A stretch of DNA of 64,000 nt from Iphione sp. A-MEVVRFRX5 (Eukaryota), in NCBI GenBank assembly GCA_976226885.1, contig OZ320314.1, forward strand, positions 55,800,001 through 55,864,000, given 5' to 3'. Position numbers and translations under genes: made by a program. Under the pieces are notes generated by a model. That model did not search any database and was not told where the DNA came from. It saw nothing but the letters and a program-made list of their open reading frames with translations. Shown here piece after piece: positions 1 to 12,000 of the stretch. Each line of letters begins with the position of its first letter. The first letter of the stretch is position 1.

Positions 1-432
1 AACAAATGAGTCAATGTTACCTGATGGTGGTCTGTAAGTGAGTAGTATATTAATGGTACCGATGTATTTGTGAGTGTATTGTATACCTGTTAATTCGATG
101 TTCTTGTTCAATATGTTTATATTGCTGGTCCAGTGTATAGTAGCCTTGTCTAGTAAGCGATGGTGATAATATATGAGAAGCCCTCCATGTTTCATGTCTG
201 TATGCTGCCTATCTAGCCTAATGATTTTGTAGTTGGGTATGTTGAGCTGATTGTTATTGATGTTCCTGTTTAACCATGTTTCTGTTAGGCACAATATGTC
301 AATGTTATTGAATACAAGCTCAGCTTGTAGGAGATCTATTTTGTTTTTTAAGCTACGTACATTTGCATGGACTATATTTAGTCCACGCTTGTTTAGTTCA
401 GAGACATTGGATAGTACTGAGTTTGTTACCAT
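1..432 (-). mobile_element. Non-LTR retrotransposon (CR1/L2-like LINE) ORF2 N-terminus, APE endonuclease domain, open to window edge; inside RPL13A intron 4
   Basis: 144 stop-free codons from ATG at 432: GLNIVHANVRSLKNKIDLL...DILCLTETWL...KHGGLLIY...TYRPPSG, the canonical APE motifs. Absent from the ORF track because it runs off the window. Confidence 0.9.
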
Positions 433-802
433 GTGTTTCTATCTGATATAAAGCAGATAGGGTGCCTCTAGGCACAGATAAATAGAGACTATGCGACAAA
501 AGCTGGTATGTCCTGTGATGAAGATTGGGATATATAGTGGCGTGGGGATAGATTTGTGATTGAGATTGATGTAAGTTTACATTAATGCTTTGAGCGGTCG
601 TATTGTTTGTTGCGGTGCGGTGTGTTAATTACAGATATGGTGTTGAATGATGAATGATGATCTGTAGAGTTGAGGAAATGTTGTGTTATATTCTCTGCTT
701 TTCAGATGAAATCCATTCATCTTTATAACATTTATTCACACATCTGGAGCACCTTTCAAAAGCACAATTGGACTGATTCAAGCAACAGAAACAAGCTCTT
801 AC

Positions 803-948
803 CCTACGTTGTGGCTTCAGTCGAAGGACGCGGAGTGCTGAGGGTACGACCATCCTCTTTTCCTTATCATAAGGAGAGGGAATTCCCTCAAAGACCTTTA
901 AACGTTCTAGGGCAGCCTTACCCCTAGCCAGCTTGTGGGGCAGCATGC
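803..948 (-). CDS. RPL13A: RPL13A coding exon 4
   Basis: [24 protein letters not shown]...LKPQRR, AG/GT bounded. Confidence 0.96.
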
Positions 949-3900
949 CTAAAACAGTAAGACTGCGATCAAAATTCATTTGGCGACATCAAATAAGCCT
1001 GGCACTTTGTGGTGCTTCTTTGCTGCATTCTTTTTGTTTTAGCCTTTTCCAACCCTGATGGCGAAGCTCAACGGGATTGTGTATGTCCAATTAACCTTCT
1101 ATCACAAACTGAATTAATTTACTTATTGGAGGAAATTAGCGGTAATAATTCATATACTGGCGTCAATAAGATTTCACTTTTTACAGATTCTCTAGACTAT
1201 AGGTATTCCAACTGATCTAAGGAAACAAATTGCTGACTTCTCAATACAATATAACATTTATCAAGAAATTTTCAGAATATTTCCTAAGAAGTAAGGGTTT
1301 TGGTCATTGTAACTAGAGGCTTATTTCCCTCTGCATTCCCTGTCGGCATGCTAGAACTGTGGCTACTCATTTACATATATCTGTCGAAGAAATGAATATA
1401 TGTTGCTAACACCTTCTCGAGGCTTAGATTAGAATGGCACTTGCCTAATACAAAATGCTATGGTCGAAGTTTGGCAACAACTCAGGTAAGGATAAAGTAA
1501 TCAGTTTTCTTTCAGACAATGTAGGTAATTTTCGTCATCATCGTTGTTGCTGCAAGAGTTACATCAAAAAGACTAGGAATATCATACCTCTGACAGTTCT
1601 CCAGAAAATTTTGCTTGGGGCTCTGAAGTGGTAAGGTCCTTTGCTTGGGTTGGTATTCATCCTTTTACGAAGGAAGTTCAGGTATTTTACTAGAAACGAG
1701 AACAATTCACAAGGAAACTAAATATCGAATTTCGAAGTAGATCTGGGAGACTTCATGAAATGAAGAGCAAGCTTCAGAAACAAATTACAATCATATGATT
1801 CATACAATGTAGGTATAAATACATCACAAGCTTGCACCTAGTAGTAGTTTCTTTTTCACTAACTCATAATTGCCATCTGACAAAGCAGATCACGATTCTG
1901 AAAATTACTCCATCAAAGCAGGGTGTTTTAGACATCATCGTGAGAGTCGGGGGCTTCAGTGAAGGGTTCTTCAGTGTTAGTTTGTGATATAGTGTGCCTT
2001 CAGGAACCAGCAAATTTGTTTTTCTCTATAACCCTGGAACCCCATTCATGTCAAACCAAGGGAGTATACAAGCACTGTATTTAAGAATACTCATATACGG
2101 TGCATGTCTGCTATAACCTGCCAGTTGTAAAATACAGCCCGATGAGACGCTAACTCGAAGCTACGAGAGATTTTCATAAACTAGTTGTAAATTCACCCAT
2201 GATGCACCTTATGAAGTCTATCCAGACTCATCATGACATCACAATGAACAGTATTGTTGTCCGACCATTACAACATACAGTCGAAACACTACATCCACGG
2301 TTGCATCCGCGTAGGTAGAACAAGCCATGTTTAATGTAGGAACCAGCGAAAATGTCCAGAGTGGGCCCTTTTAGTTGTGAAATTGCAAGGCATGGTGTTT
2401 TACAAAATTAGAGTCCTGCCCAAACCACAGACATGAAGACATTGGAAAACAAAAACTGGTACAAGGAACTTGACCAAGTCACATTACAAATGGTGTGAAT
2501 CGTCCTATCAAGGCAGATGGTAGCCAGCATGGCTACATTAGTAATTTTGCCTCAGTTATTGTCAATACTTCCTGCTTGTAGCCCAGAGCAGGACAGGAGG
2601 GGAACCGCACAGTTAACACACAAATATTTATGAAATCTTTACAAAGATGAAGGGGGCTATGTAATCCATAAAGGGGTAAGCACATAGCTTGAACTGAGTA
2701 ATTCGAATATCCCTTGGTATCATAAGCTGAGTTTACTTAACTTTTAGGCTGTCACCCACATGCTACGTATACAGGAATTGATGGTTTCTTTCCATGACAG
2801 TCTTTCAATGATAGTATAGCCTAAGACTTTGATAGTTTTACTTCTATACAGTGTTTGTCTATCATACAATATTTCATTTAGTTGTTCGTAATTTGTGTTC
2901 AATAAACACAACGAGCTTTTCTCATAGATGATTAATAAATTATTTATACTACACCATTTCATTGTGTACTTAACTGCTCCTGTGATATTGCTTTCAAATT
3001 CACACAGGGTTTTTCCTCCAATAACAAGTTAATAAGACATATATAACTGAAAGATAACTTACATTTATTCCTGTAGAAACTCCCAGAAATATTGAGTTCC
3101 TCACAACGAACCACTACTACCTTCTGACCTTGTAGGGTAGTCTTGGCCACAATGGCTGCCAGACGACCCAGGAGGTGCCCTCGGGCATCAATGACGATAG
3201 GCTTTAAGAGAAAATACTTTAATTAATTACATGTACAAGGGTTATATTGGCGAGAGATTCTAGCTACACTCTTAAAATATCTACATAAAAGGATACCTTA
3301 GATGGCTGGTATAATCCAACTTTCTTCACCGCAAGCTACAAACCTTCAGAAACTCATATGCTGGTATGGTTTGATCCCCATTTAAACATATTGTATGGCT
3401 GCACTTATGACCAAGTCCTTGGGCTAAAAATTTGAATCCATGCTATACATGGAGATATTGAGTCCGCAAGGTGCACAAAGATTGTTGAAGTCAGAGGGCC
3501 ACAGAATCAAATGGCACTTCTGATCCTGGAGACAGGCTTTTCCTACATTGACCCTTCAATGAACAACAATGGCAAAATCGGACATTTTTTTCTGATGGAA
3601 GTTGGTTTTCATGCAGAATCATTGATTCTACAGCTCAGTTCTCTATTTCTGTCTAAATAAGCTCAAAATATGGCATTTTTTTCAAATTTGACAAAACATT
3701 TGGTTCTTTTGACAGGAAAGCCTCTGAAACTGATTGCTGAAATGATTAATCAATTATTTGTTACCATGGTAACACTGCAAATGATTGTACATTTTTGGGT
3801 GATGCATGCAAAATGGCCGGGTATGATATAAAGTATTTAATCTGTGCACAACAACAAATGAGGTATCAAAAGATAGCAAATTACTTACTAAACATTTCTT

Positions 3901-6900
3901 CCACAGTAAGTTTCTGTCTTGAAACAATATTTATAACTTTTTCTTTACATTTATTGTCAATAACTGGAAATGAACTCCATATCTATAAGTGGAAATTTCT
4001 CACAATTTAAAAAAATATCTATATTTAAGACTCTCCTGTTTCCATGGTAACTGATTAACAAGAATAAAATTGTTGCTAAATTAAAGTAAATTAAAGCTTT
4101 TCAATGATGTATCACATTGACATGGTCACACTAGTTAAAAATTTTATAGGTGGCGCTAGTGTGCTAGCCTGGCAAATATCTTGGGAGTGCAAACAACCCT
4201 TGACAAAAATAGATAGCAGTTTAGTTTAAAAGGTTAGAACATATCACTGCCTAAAAATGTTGTTAGTGTACAGAATTATACAAACCATATGCTATTAATA
4301 GACATTTGCATTTAAACAAAATATTTCATATAGTAAAAAGTTTTTTAGGTAAGCTTAGGGATAGTAAAGTACCCTATTATCACTCACTTTGTAAAACCTC
4401 TAACAAAACATAAATAAACTATCCTATGATAAAAATTACTCATGGCAAATAACCTAGATACATACAAAAGCACAGCAGCATGTCCATTTGGGGAAGACAA
4501 TTCCATACTTTTCTGTTACTAAGGTTTTGACAAGTTGTTTACACCTATATGTAAAAAAATTCAACCGGAAGTGCCCGAGGCAACTGCTAGAATGATATTC
4601 TTCAAGTCGGCAATCTAGGCACTTGTGGCGGGCACCATGTAAACAAACAACTGTCAGTGCTGATATCTTTAAGATTTAAATGGCTTCATATGGTTCTGTT
4701 GTTGAAAATACATAGGTTTAACCTTAATCTAAATGATCATATTTGTGTATAAATCTAAATCCTTATGTAAAGGTTTTATTTTAGCAAAAATACTAAAGAG
4801 GTGAAAAGTGGCTGATAATCAGGGAGTTTCTGCATATTCTAATGTAAACACTAAGGCCTGGTGAAAACAAACTGATAATAATTTTGACATAAGCACTTCC
4901 TCTAAAGTCAGATCTTCATGTGCGTTCATGATAATGTCAGAACTGGCATTGAAACATTGCCAAACAATTAGGAAGGGACTAAACACTACAATAGCTCAAA
5001 GAGAGAATTGCACCATCTTTCACTTCCACACCTCGAACCCTGCTCTGTCTGTGGGTCAGGGTACCAGGCTTATCAGCCACTGTGACGTCACTCCCGCTCC
5101 AAGAATGATTACTGTTCGAGTACTACTCAGAAGAGGAATTTCTATTACCTATGTTCCGAGTTTCCAAAACAGGAATTTACTTGGTTATTATAGGGTTAAC
5201 CCTTATGTGTTAGTCACAGCAATTTTTTCAATCGGCAGTGACAAGTCATTCTGGCAGTGACAAGTCATTCTGGCAGTCATACCAGTTACAAAATTCATAG
5301 ATGGCATTAGTGGCACCCAGATTGGGAGTGCAAGCAACCTCTCTCACCTGTAGTTAAGAGTTTAGTTTGAAAGGTCATAACTTACTACAGATGCTGTCTA
5401 AAACTCTGTTAATGCACAGAATTACAGAATCATATGCCAACTATAAATACTCAATTGCATTAGTATATAAATTCTGAGGCAACTGAGGCAACCGCTAGAA
5501 TCCCCTGCGCTTGTTGACAAATTACATGTCATTCTATCTGTAGAGGATCGCAATGTTTACCGCCACCATTTTGAATTTTGTAACTCTCCTTACATAGAGG
5601 CTCAATAAAGCACTTCCTGTTTACCACCAGCTCAGACCTGCTCCTCTCTCTACATGGTGTCATAAGTAAACTAATGCTACAATGTCTACACACAGCTAAG
5701 TTACCAAGTATCATTACTTTAAAGGAGAATAGGTGTAGATATAGCTCTGAAAGTTTAAAACTTGAAAGACTTTGAATAAGGACATTTTAAGTCACTGTAA
5801 GTATCACCATGTGCTCGTCTGTCTGTGCCTACGCCATGTGCTCATAAGGACTGTACTGTCTAACTAGTCACTGAAATTGACTATATTACTGGGAAACCCA
5901 TAGTTTGCTGAGTTTACTGTAATATTGGTGACAAGTATTACACAAGAGGACAGACAGACACTGAATATTTGAAGAAGTGGAGGAGTGACTGTATCTCTTT
6001 GCACACTGACAATTTAGTTTATTTTACTGGTTAAGCAAATAGAACTGTCTACATCTAATACAAGTCAAAATTGCAATGGCGCTGATCGGTATTCCCGTTC
6101 CCGCTGCAATGTTAGTCGAAGGAAACATGGCCCTTGAATCGTATTCTAAGCCCAAAGCGAATCCTGTCTATGAGCCATATGTTTTCTGCACAGCTAGGCA
6201 AAAGTCAGATGAAACTATTGACACTTTCATCACAAGGTTGCGTAAGTTAGCAAGTACCTGCGATTATGGCACTCTTGAAGAACAACTGATATGTGATCGG
6301 GTTGTGATTGGTATTTGTGACAACAATATTAGGATGAAGCTCCTTCGGGTCAAGGACCTTACTTTAGATGTGGCGACAGAGATCTACAGAGCTATTGAGA
6401 TTACAATAAAGCAGTTGCAGCCCCTCAGCCTTAAAGAGGATGTCTCGGTGCATTATGCACAGAAAGGCAAAAAGAGAGCAGACAAAGCATCAAGGAAGCC
6501 CAATACAACATGCAAGTACAGACAAACCTTGTTATCTGGAGCACCTCGGTTATTAGGAAATATAGCTGGTTGAAGAAAAATCCAGAAGGCGAAAATGCTA
6601 GTCATGCTTCTCCTGGCAGGTCAAACTTGCATTATAGTAAAGTATGGGAGAGTTATTGATATGGTCTTACAGTGATTGGAAATCATCTGAAAGTGCTGAG
6701 AAACAGCCAATTTCAGGCAGAAAGTGCCGAATAACATTTATTTCATTGAGACTAAGGTGAATTCTATGGAGAAAGTGCTAAAAAGCAGCGAATTTCGGGG
6801 AGAAAATGCCAAAAAACGTTTATTTCATGGAGATTGAGGCAAATTCCATGGAGATAGTGCTGAAAAATGGCAAATTTGTGGGGAGAAAGTGCCAAGAAAC

Positions 6901-9900
6901 ATCAAAATTCATGGAGAAAGTGTGGCCTGTCACTCTGTGCTGTGTTCTCTTATTTTAGGAGGTCACTACCCGCATGTTGCTCATATGTATTTGTCGCTTT
7001 GGGATGTCTTTACACACACACTAACACATGACGCTTCCTTTGTTCTCCCTAGTCTGGTTAACTGTGTCTATTTCCTATAGTAAATCATATAAGAATGTTG
7101 TTAAATACACTCTGGTTCATGGTTGATGGATTCCAGTTAAACAGTACATTTTATATAGAAAATTAATTCATCTGATTTTGTTATGGTTGGCAAAAAAATC
7201 TGATTAATGCGACTCCAGTAGACGAGGTCCCTCTGTACTGCAGTGAAGAGTATGCATATGACTGAAGTGTTTGTCCAGCATTTGGAAAAACTTGTAACAA
7301 GTTTCAAGGAAAGAATCATTTTGGCAAAGTTTGCATGTCCAAGAAGAAGCAAGATACAAGTTCTGGCCATTCCCGCACTACTGACCGAAGACAGCAGAAG
7401 AAATATTCAAGGAAGAAGGTGCACTGCATAGACAAAGATGAGTCCTCTGATGAAGAACCTATCTTTGTTGTGTCTGGTCGCAATAAGGACAAGAACAAGT
7501 ATTTCTCTAACCTTGCATTTGAACAGCCTGATAGAGGGAAGCACACGAACCAACGCTAGCTGGATTCCAGAGCAACGTGTAACATCATGATGTATCGGGA
7601 CTATTGTGCTATCATGCAGAGTGATGAACCTCAGATGACGCCCTCATCCACCCTCCTGAGGATGTTTAACAGGACCGCAGAGCATGTCCTAGGAGCAGCC
7701 CGGCTACATGCGACAGTTAGCAACAAACAAAGATTGCTACACTTTGAGATTATCAAAGATGGCCCAGGGACACTCTTGTCCAGTAATGTATGTGAGAAGT
7801 TAAAGCTGACTGATTTCAACAAAGAGGAGGTTGTCCATGCGATATCTTCAGAGGAGCTCACACAAGAACAAGTCTAATGACTACAAGGACACCTTTGAGG
7901 GACTTGGAAAAATTAGATTGTACCACATTGAGACAGATCCATTCATTCCCAGTATGCAGCACCAACTATGACGGGTACCAGTTCCACTAAAAAGTGAGCT
8001 AAAGTTTAAACTCAAGCAACTAGAACAAGATGGGGTCATCACAAAAGTGACTGAGCCAACCAGATGGATCAGCAACATAGTTACTGTGAAGGAACCTGGG
8101 AAGCTGAGAATCTGCATATACCTGAAAAACCTCAATAAGGCAGTACGGAGACCACACTTTCCAATGAGGACCATCGAAGATGTTGCGCCCCGCCTTACAA
8201 AGTCACAAGTGTACAGTGTGGCCGATGCAAAAGATTGATTTTTGCAAGTCGGACTTGATGAGGAGTCTAGTTATCTTATTACTTTCTGGACTCCACAAGG
8301 AAGGTATCGATGGCTACGGATGCTATTTGGCATCAGTTCAGCCCCAGAAAAGTTTGGCTGACAACTCACAGATAAACTGGAGGGCCTCAACAATATTGAA
8401 GTCATCGCTGATGATATCCCCATCTATGGATCAGGTGACACTTATGAAGAAGCCGTTCACCAACATAATGCTGCATTCATCAAACTCCCTGAGAGAGCTA
8501 GAGAATGCAACCTAAAGCTGAACAAAAAGAAGTTAAAGTTCAATTTCACCTCAGTAGCATACATGGGATATGTCATTGATAGCAAAGGGCTCTCTCCCAA
8601 TCCTGAGAAAGTCAGGGCAATTGTTGATATGCCTCAGTCCGAAAATGTACAAGCTGTGCAATGTTTACTTGGCATGACTAACTACATGGACAACTTTTCG
8701 ACCAAGTTATCAGAGGTCTGTGAATGCCTGCAACATCTATGCAACAAGGACCACCCGTTTGAGTGGCTACCACAACACAAGACAGCCTTTCAAAGAGTAA
8801 AGACGATGATCACAGAAGCACCTGTTCTACACTACTATAATGTGTCACAACCAGTCACTGTTGAGTGTGACGCAAGCTCAGAAGGTCTGGGTACATTGCT
8901 GATGCAAGGAGGTCAGCTGGTGTGTTTTGCCAGCAGAGCATTGTCGAAGACTGAGCAGAATTACTGTCAGCTTGAGAAGGAATGCCTAGCTATCTGCTTT
9001 GCATTGGAGAAGTTTGACAACTATGTCTTAGGGGAGCACATCACTATATTGAGTGATCACATCACCATATTGAGTGATCACAAGCCCCTCGAGATGATCT
9101 TCAAGAAGTTGATTCTAACTGCTTCAAAGCACCTGCAAAAGATGAGATTGCTTCTACAGAAATATGACCTGGTAATCTGCTACAAAAAGGGCCCAGAAAT
9201 GTTTGTCTTTTATGCGCTGAGCATGGCCTTTCTCCCATTGTAACCAGGGCATGTTGACACAGAGTGCCTAGTCTACCAACTGGGCACTGAAGACTCCATT
9301 TACACTGAGTTGGAGACTACAGACAGCTCACTTGATGTGTCTGTGAGCAGCGAAAGGTTGAGTAGGATCCGCCTCCACACAGCCAAGGATATAATCTTAG
9401 AGCAGCTAGCAAATGTCATCAATGTTGGATGGCCTGATGACAAACAAGCCGTTCCCGTGGCCATGCATGAATACTGGCCTTACCGAGATGAACATGCATG
9501 CAGTGATACTCTGCTGTACCATAGTACCAGGGTGATCATTCCCCAAGACATGCGAGCCAAGATGACTGAGAAGGCACATGCCTCTCACCAAAGGATATAA
9601 GCAACCCTTCATCACTGCCACAGTGTCATCTACTGGCCAATGATGAACGCTGAAGTCACAGATGCTGTCGGGCAGTGCAGTATCTATTGTGAGTCAGCCA
9701 TGAACCAGCAGAGTGAACCAATGATGAGTAATCCAATCCCAAATTATCCCTACCAGATTATGAGCTCAGATTGTTTCAAGCTTGAAGGAAGACATTACCC
9801 TGTGGCTATTGACCACTACAGCGATTTCATTGATGTTGATGAGCTACCTAACATGAGTTTGAAGTCAGTGATCAAGTTCCTAAAGCGAAACTTCAGTATG

Positions 9901-12000
9901 CGTGGAATTCCATCAGTTATCATCACTGACAATGGAACTAACTATGCATTGAGTGAGTTTGCAGAGTTTACATGGAAATATGAGTTCAAACATGTGACAA
10001 GCTCACCTCATCATCCACAAGGTAATGGCAGAGCCAAAGCAGCAGAGAAAGATGCAAAAAAATCTGAAGAAAAGGGCAAAGAAGAACAAGACAGACATCT
10101 ACATCATGTTTTTAAACAGCACAACACACCATCTCAAGACCTGAACTCCAGTTCTGCATAGCGACTCATGTCCAGATGTACCAGGTCACTACTACCTGCA
10201 GCCAAGACAAATTATATGCCTCACATTGTCAACACCGTACCTGAAAAGCTGGCTGGCTAAGAGGAAACAGAAGAACAAGTGCAGTTATGACTGCAGCAGG
10301 AAGCCATTGCCACAATTAACAATTGGACAAATGTGAGTCAAAGCGAAACCACAAACATCGTCTGCCTTGACTCTAGGCACAGTACAAGAAAAGGTTGGTC
10401 CTCGCTCCTACATAGTCAATGCCAATGACAAACTGTTATGCTGAAACTGTCACCACTTAAGGGAGATTCAGGAAAGGCTTGACGCACCTCACCAATCAAG
10501 CCATGCACCACTACAGCTAGTGATTGTGGCAGTCATGAAACAGGTACCTGTTCCAGTATGTCCACAGCCTGAGTCTGTTAGTCCCACCAAGACCCCTTCA
10601 GGCAAGCCAAGAGCAGTGAGAAGATCTGATCGCACATACAGACTACCAGCATACTTGGCAAAAGACTATATTAAAAAGTAATAAGGTGTTACATAATGGC
10701 TAGAATAATACCAGTTACATCAGAGAAATGAGCCACAGTCTATAGCAATGATTTCCTTATCACGCAAGTTAATCTTACAGTTTGGATTATCACACTTTCA
10801 CTTCTTAACAATAGTTACTTAAAGATTATTCACACATGTAAAGTCCATTACAGACATTTCTTAAATTTGAAAACTCTTAAAAGACACTTTACAAATCTTA
10901 CAAAAACTAACGAACTTTCTTGAACATTCAAGCTTTTTAAAAAAAAGATGTAGACGATCGCAATGTTTACCACTGCCATTTTGAATTTTGTAACTCTCTT
11001 TACATAGCTCAATAATGCACTTCCTGTTTACCACCAGCTCAGACCTGCTCCTCTCTCTACACTATCCAACCACATGAAATGTTTGCAACAACCAAAATAA
11101 CGTTACCACTGATATCACCTAGACTGTATGTATTCTTACGGTCGCCTCGGCGACTTCCGGTCGTATTTTTTACATGTAGGAGGTGCAAACAACTTGTCAA
11201 AACCTTAGTAACACTGAAAGATGCAATTGTCTTTCTTAAATAGGCATACTACTGTGTTTCTGTCTATATCTAAGTTATTTCCCAGGATTAACTATTATCA
11301 TAGAATGGTTTATTTATATTTTGTTTGAGATTTTACAAAGTGAGTGATAATAGGGTAGTTTGCTATCCTTAAGCTTGCCTAAAAAACTTATTACTATATG
11401 AAATATTTTGTTTAAATACAAATGCAAATGTCTACTCATAGTTAACATACAGATCTACAATTGTATGCACTAACAGAATTTTAGACACTATATTTAATCT
11501 GTTCTAGTCTTTCAAACTAAACTGCCAACTATTGTTGCCAAGGTTTGTTTGCACCTCCACCTTGGTTGCCAGCTAAGAACAGTAGTGCCACCTATAAAAT
11601 TTGTAACTACTGTGACCGTGTCAATATGTATAGTGACACTTCACCCGGATTTTCCCACGAATTACTTAGCATATTTATATCCCGACAATATAATTTGAAA
11701 CAGGTAGCATCCATATAGCGACATGGCCGCACATTTTCAATATATTGTGACTAGCTCTCCATCAGTTAGATGCATGAAATACTTTATTCTGCATCTATGG
11801 GCGCAGCCATGTTGGATTGTGTCTAATCCCACATGGTTCATGTGCTACCGAGGTTTCGATGAAAATTTGTCCACTTAAGCCCCAAAATACACAATCAGTA
11901 ACAATGCACGCCAATTAGTTCAGACATAAATCCTTAGATAAAACCTAAAGACAGTGGCGTCATGCCATGTCTTTCAAATCTCCGGTACCTTCGTCTGCAT
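803..12000 (-). CDS. RPL13A: 60S ribosomal protein L13a (uL13), spliced, 3' end outside window. Coding exons 12000-11989, 3201-3063, 1689-1588, 948-803
   Basis: Exons join in frame at GT-AG sites to give [133 protein letters not shown], which is clearly uL13. The 12-nt first exon is inferred from gccATG, the donor AAG|GTACCG and phase compatibility. Confidence 0.96.
1475..1549 (-). ncRNA. SNORD34: Box C/D snoRNA, SNORD34/U34-like, copy 1 (RPL13A intron 3)
   Basis: caacaac-g-ATGATGA...TTACCTACATTGT-CTGA(D')...CTGA-gttgttg. Perfect 7-bp terminal stem in K-turn register. The guide is complementary to conserved 28S ACAAUGUAGGUAA and the +5 rule gives the U modified by vertebrate U34 / yeast snR62. 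U34 is RPL13A-hosted in vertebrates. Confidence 0.88.
1588..1689 (-). CDS. RPL13A: RPL13A coding exon 3
   Basis: [39 protein letters not shown] bounded, phases 1/1. Confidence 0.96.
1768..1834 (-). ncRNA. SNORD34: Box C/D snoRNA, SNORD34/U34-like, copy 2 (RPL13A intron 2)
   Basis: caagct-t-GTGATGT...TACCTACATTGT-ATGA(D')...CTGA-agcttg. 6-bp terminal stem, same 28S guide, D box about 80 nt from the 3' splice site. Confidence 0.82.
3063..3201 (-). CDS. RPL13A: RPL13A coding exon 2
   Basis: [20 protein letters not shown]...GSFYRNK, AG/GT bounded. Confidence 0.96.
4120..4595 (+). repeat. Left arm of a long inverted repeat (partner 11135-11625); partial third copy at about 5283-5500
   Basis: Read against the reverse complement of 11135-11625 it aligns end to end (e.g. 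aaattttataggtggc, accctattatcactcactttgtaaaa, ctaaggttttgacaagttgttt), roughly 80% identical by eye. Confidence 0.85.
5539..11061 (+). mobile_element. Gypsy-1: decayed Ty3/Gypsy LTR retrotransposon in RPL13A intron 1 (antisense to host)
   Basis: LTRs 5539-5654 and 10949-11061 (TGTAGA...TCTACA; 6 substitutions and one 3-bp indel). 5-bp TSD CTATC. PBS TGGTGTCATAAGT (tRNA-Leu type) and a purine tract before the 3' LTR. Fragmented gag (6076-7559) and RT/RNase H/integrase pieces (7587-10161: [28 protein letters not shown]) with stops and frameshifts. Confidence 0.95.
6519..7235. mobile_element. Tc1/mariner-type MITE nested in the Gypsy-1 gag zinc knuckle
   Basis: TA|CAGACAAACCTTGTTATCTGGAG ... 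CTCCAGTAGACGAGGTCCCTCTG|TA: degenerate 24-bp TIRs with TA duplication. Removing it restores CKY-CSEE...[19 protein letters not shown]. Confidence 0.7.
11135..11625 (-). repeat. Right arm of the long inverted repeat
   Basis: Inverted counterpart of 4120-4595. Confidence 0.85.
11989..12000 (-). CDS. RPL13A: RPL13A coding exon 1 (MQTK)
   Basis: GCC ATG CAG ACG AAG|gtaccg; phase 0 matches the next exon; RP-type promoter motifs just upstream. Confidence 0.7.

Noticed and set aside
680-770. Hairpin (cagatg/catctg) followed by AGAATA and ACA, a possible H/ACA snoRNA
   Set aside because: No symmetric pseudouridylation pocket or second hairpin could be drawn; needs a covariance search.
1929-1946. 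TCTCACGATG on the minus strand resembling the U35 guide, and a nearby ATGATGT C-box
   Set aside because: Pairing to 28S breaks after 10 nt, there is no C box upstream of the guide, and the alternative C/D reading lacks a CTGA D box in stem register.
2225-2245. C-box-like GTGATGT/ATGATGA on the minus strand
   Set aside because: No D box or terminal stem within snoRNA distance.
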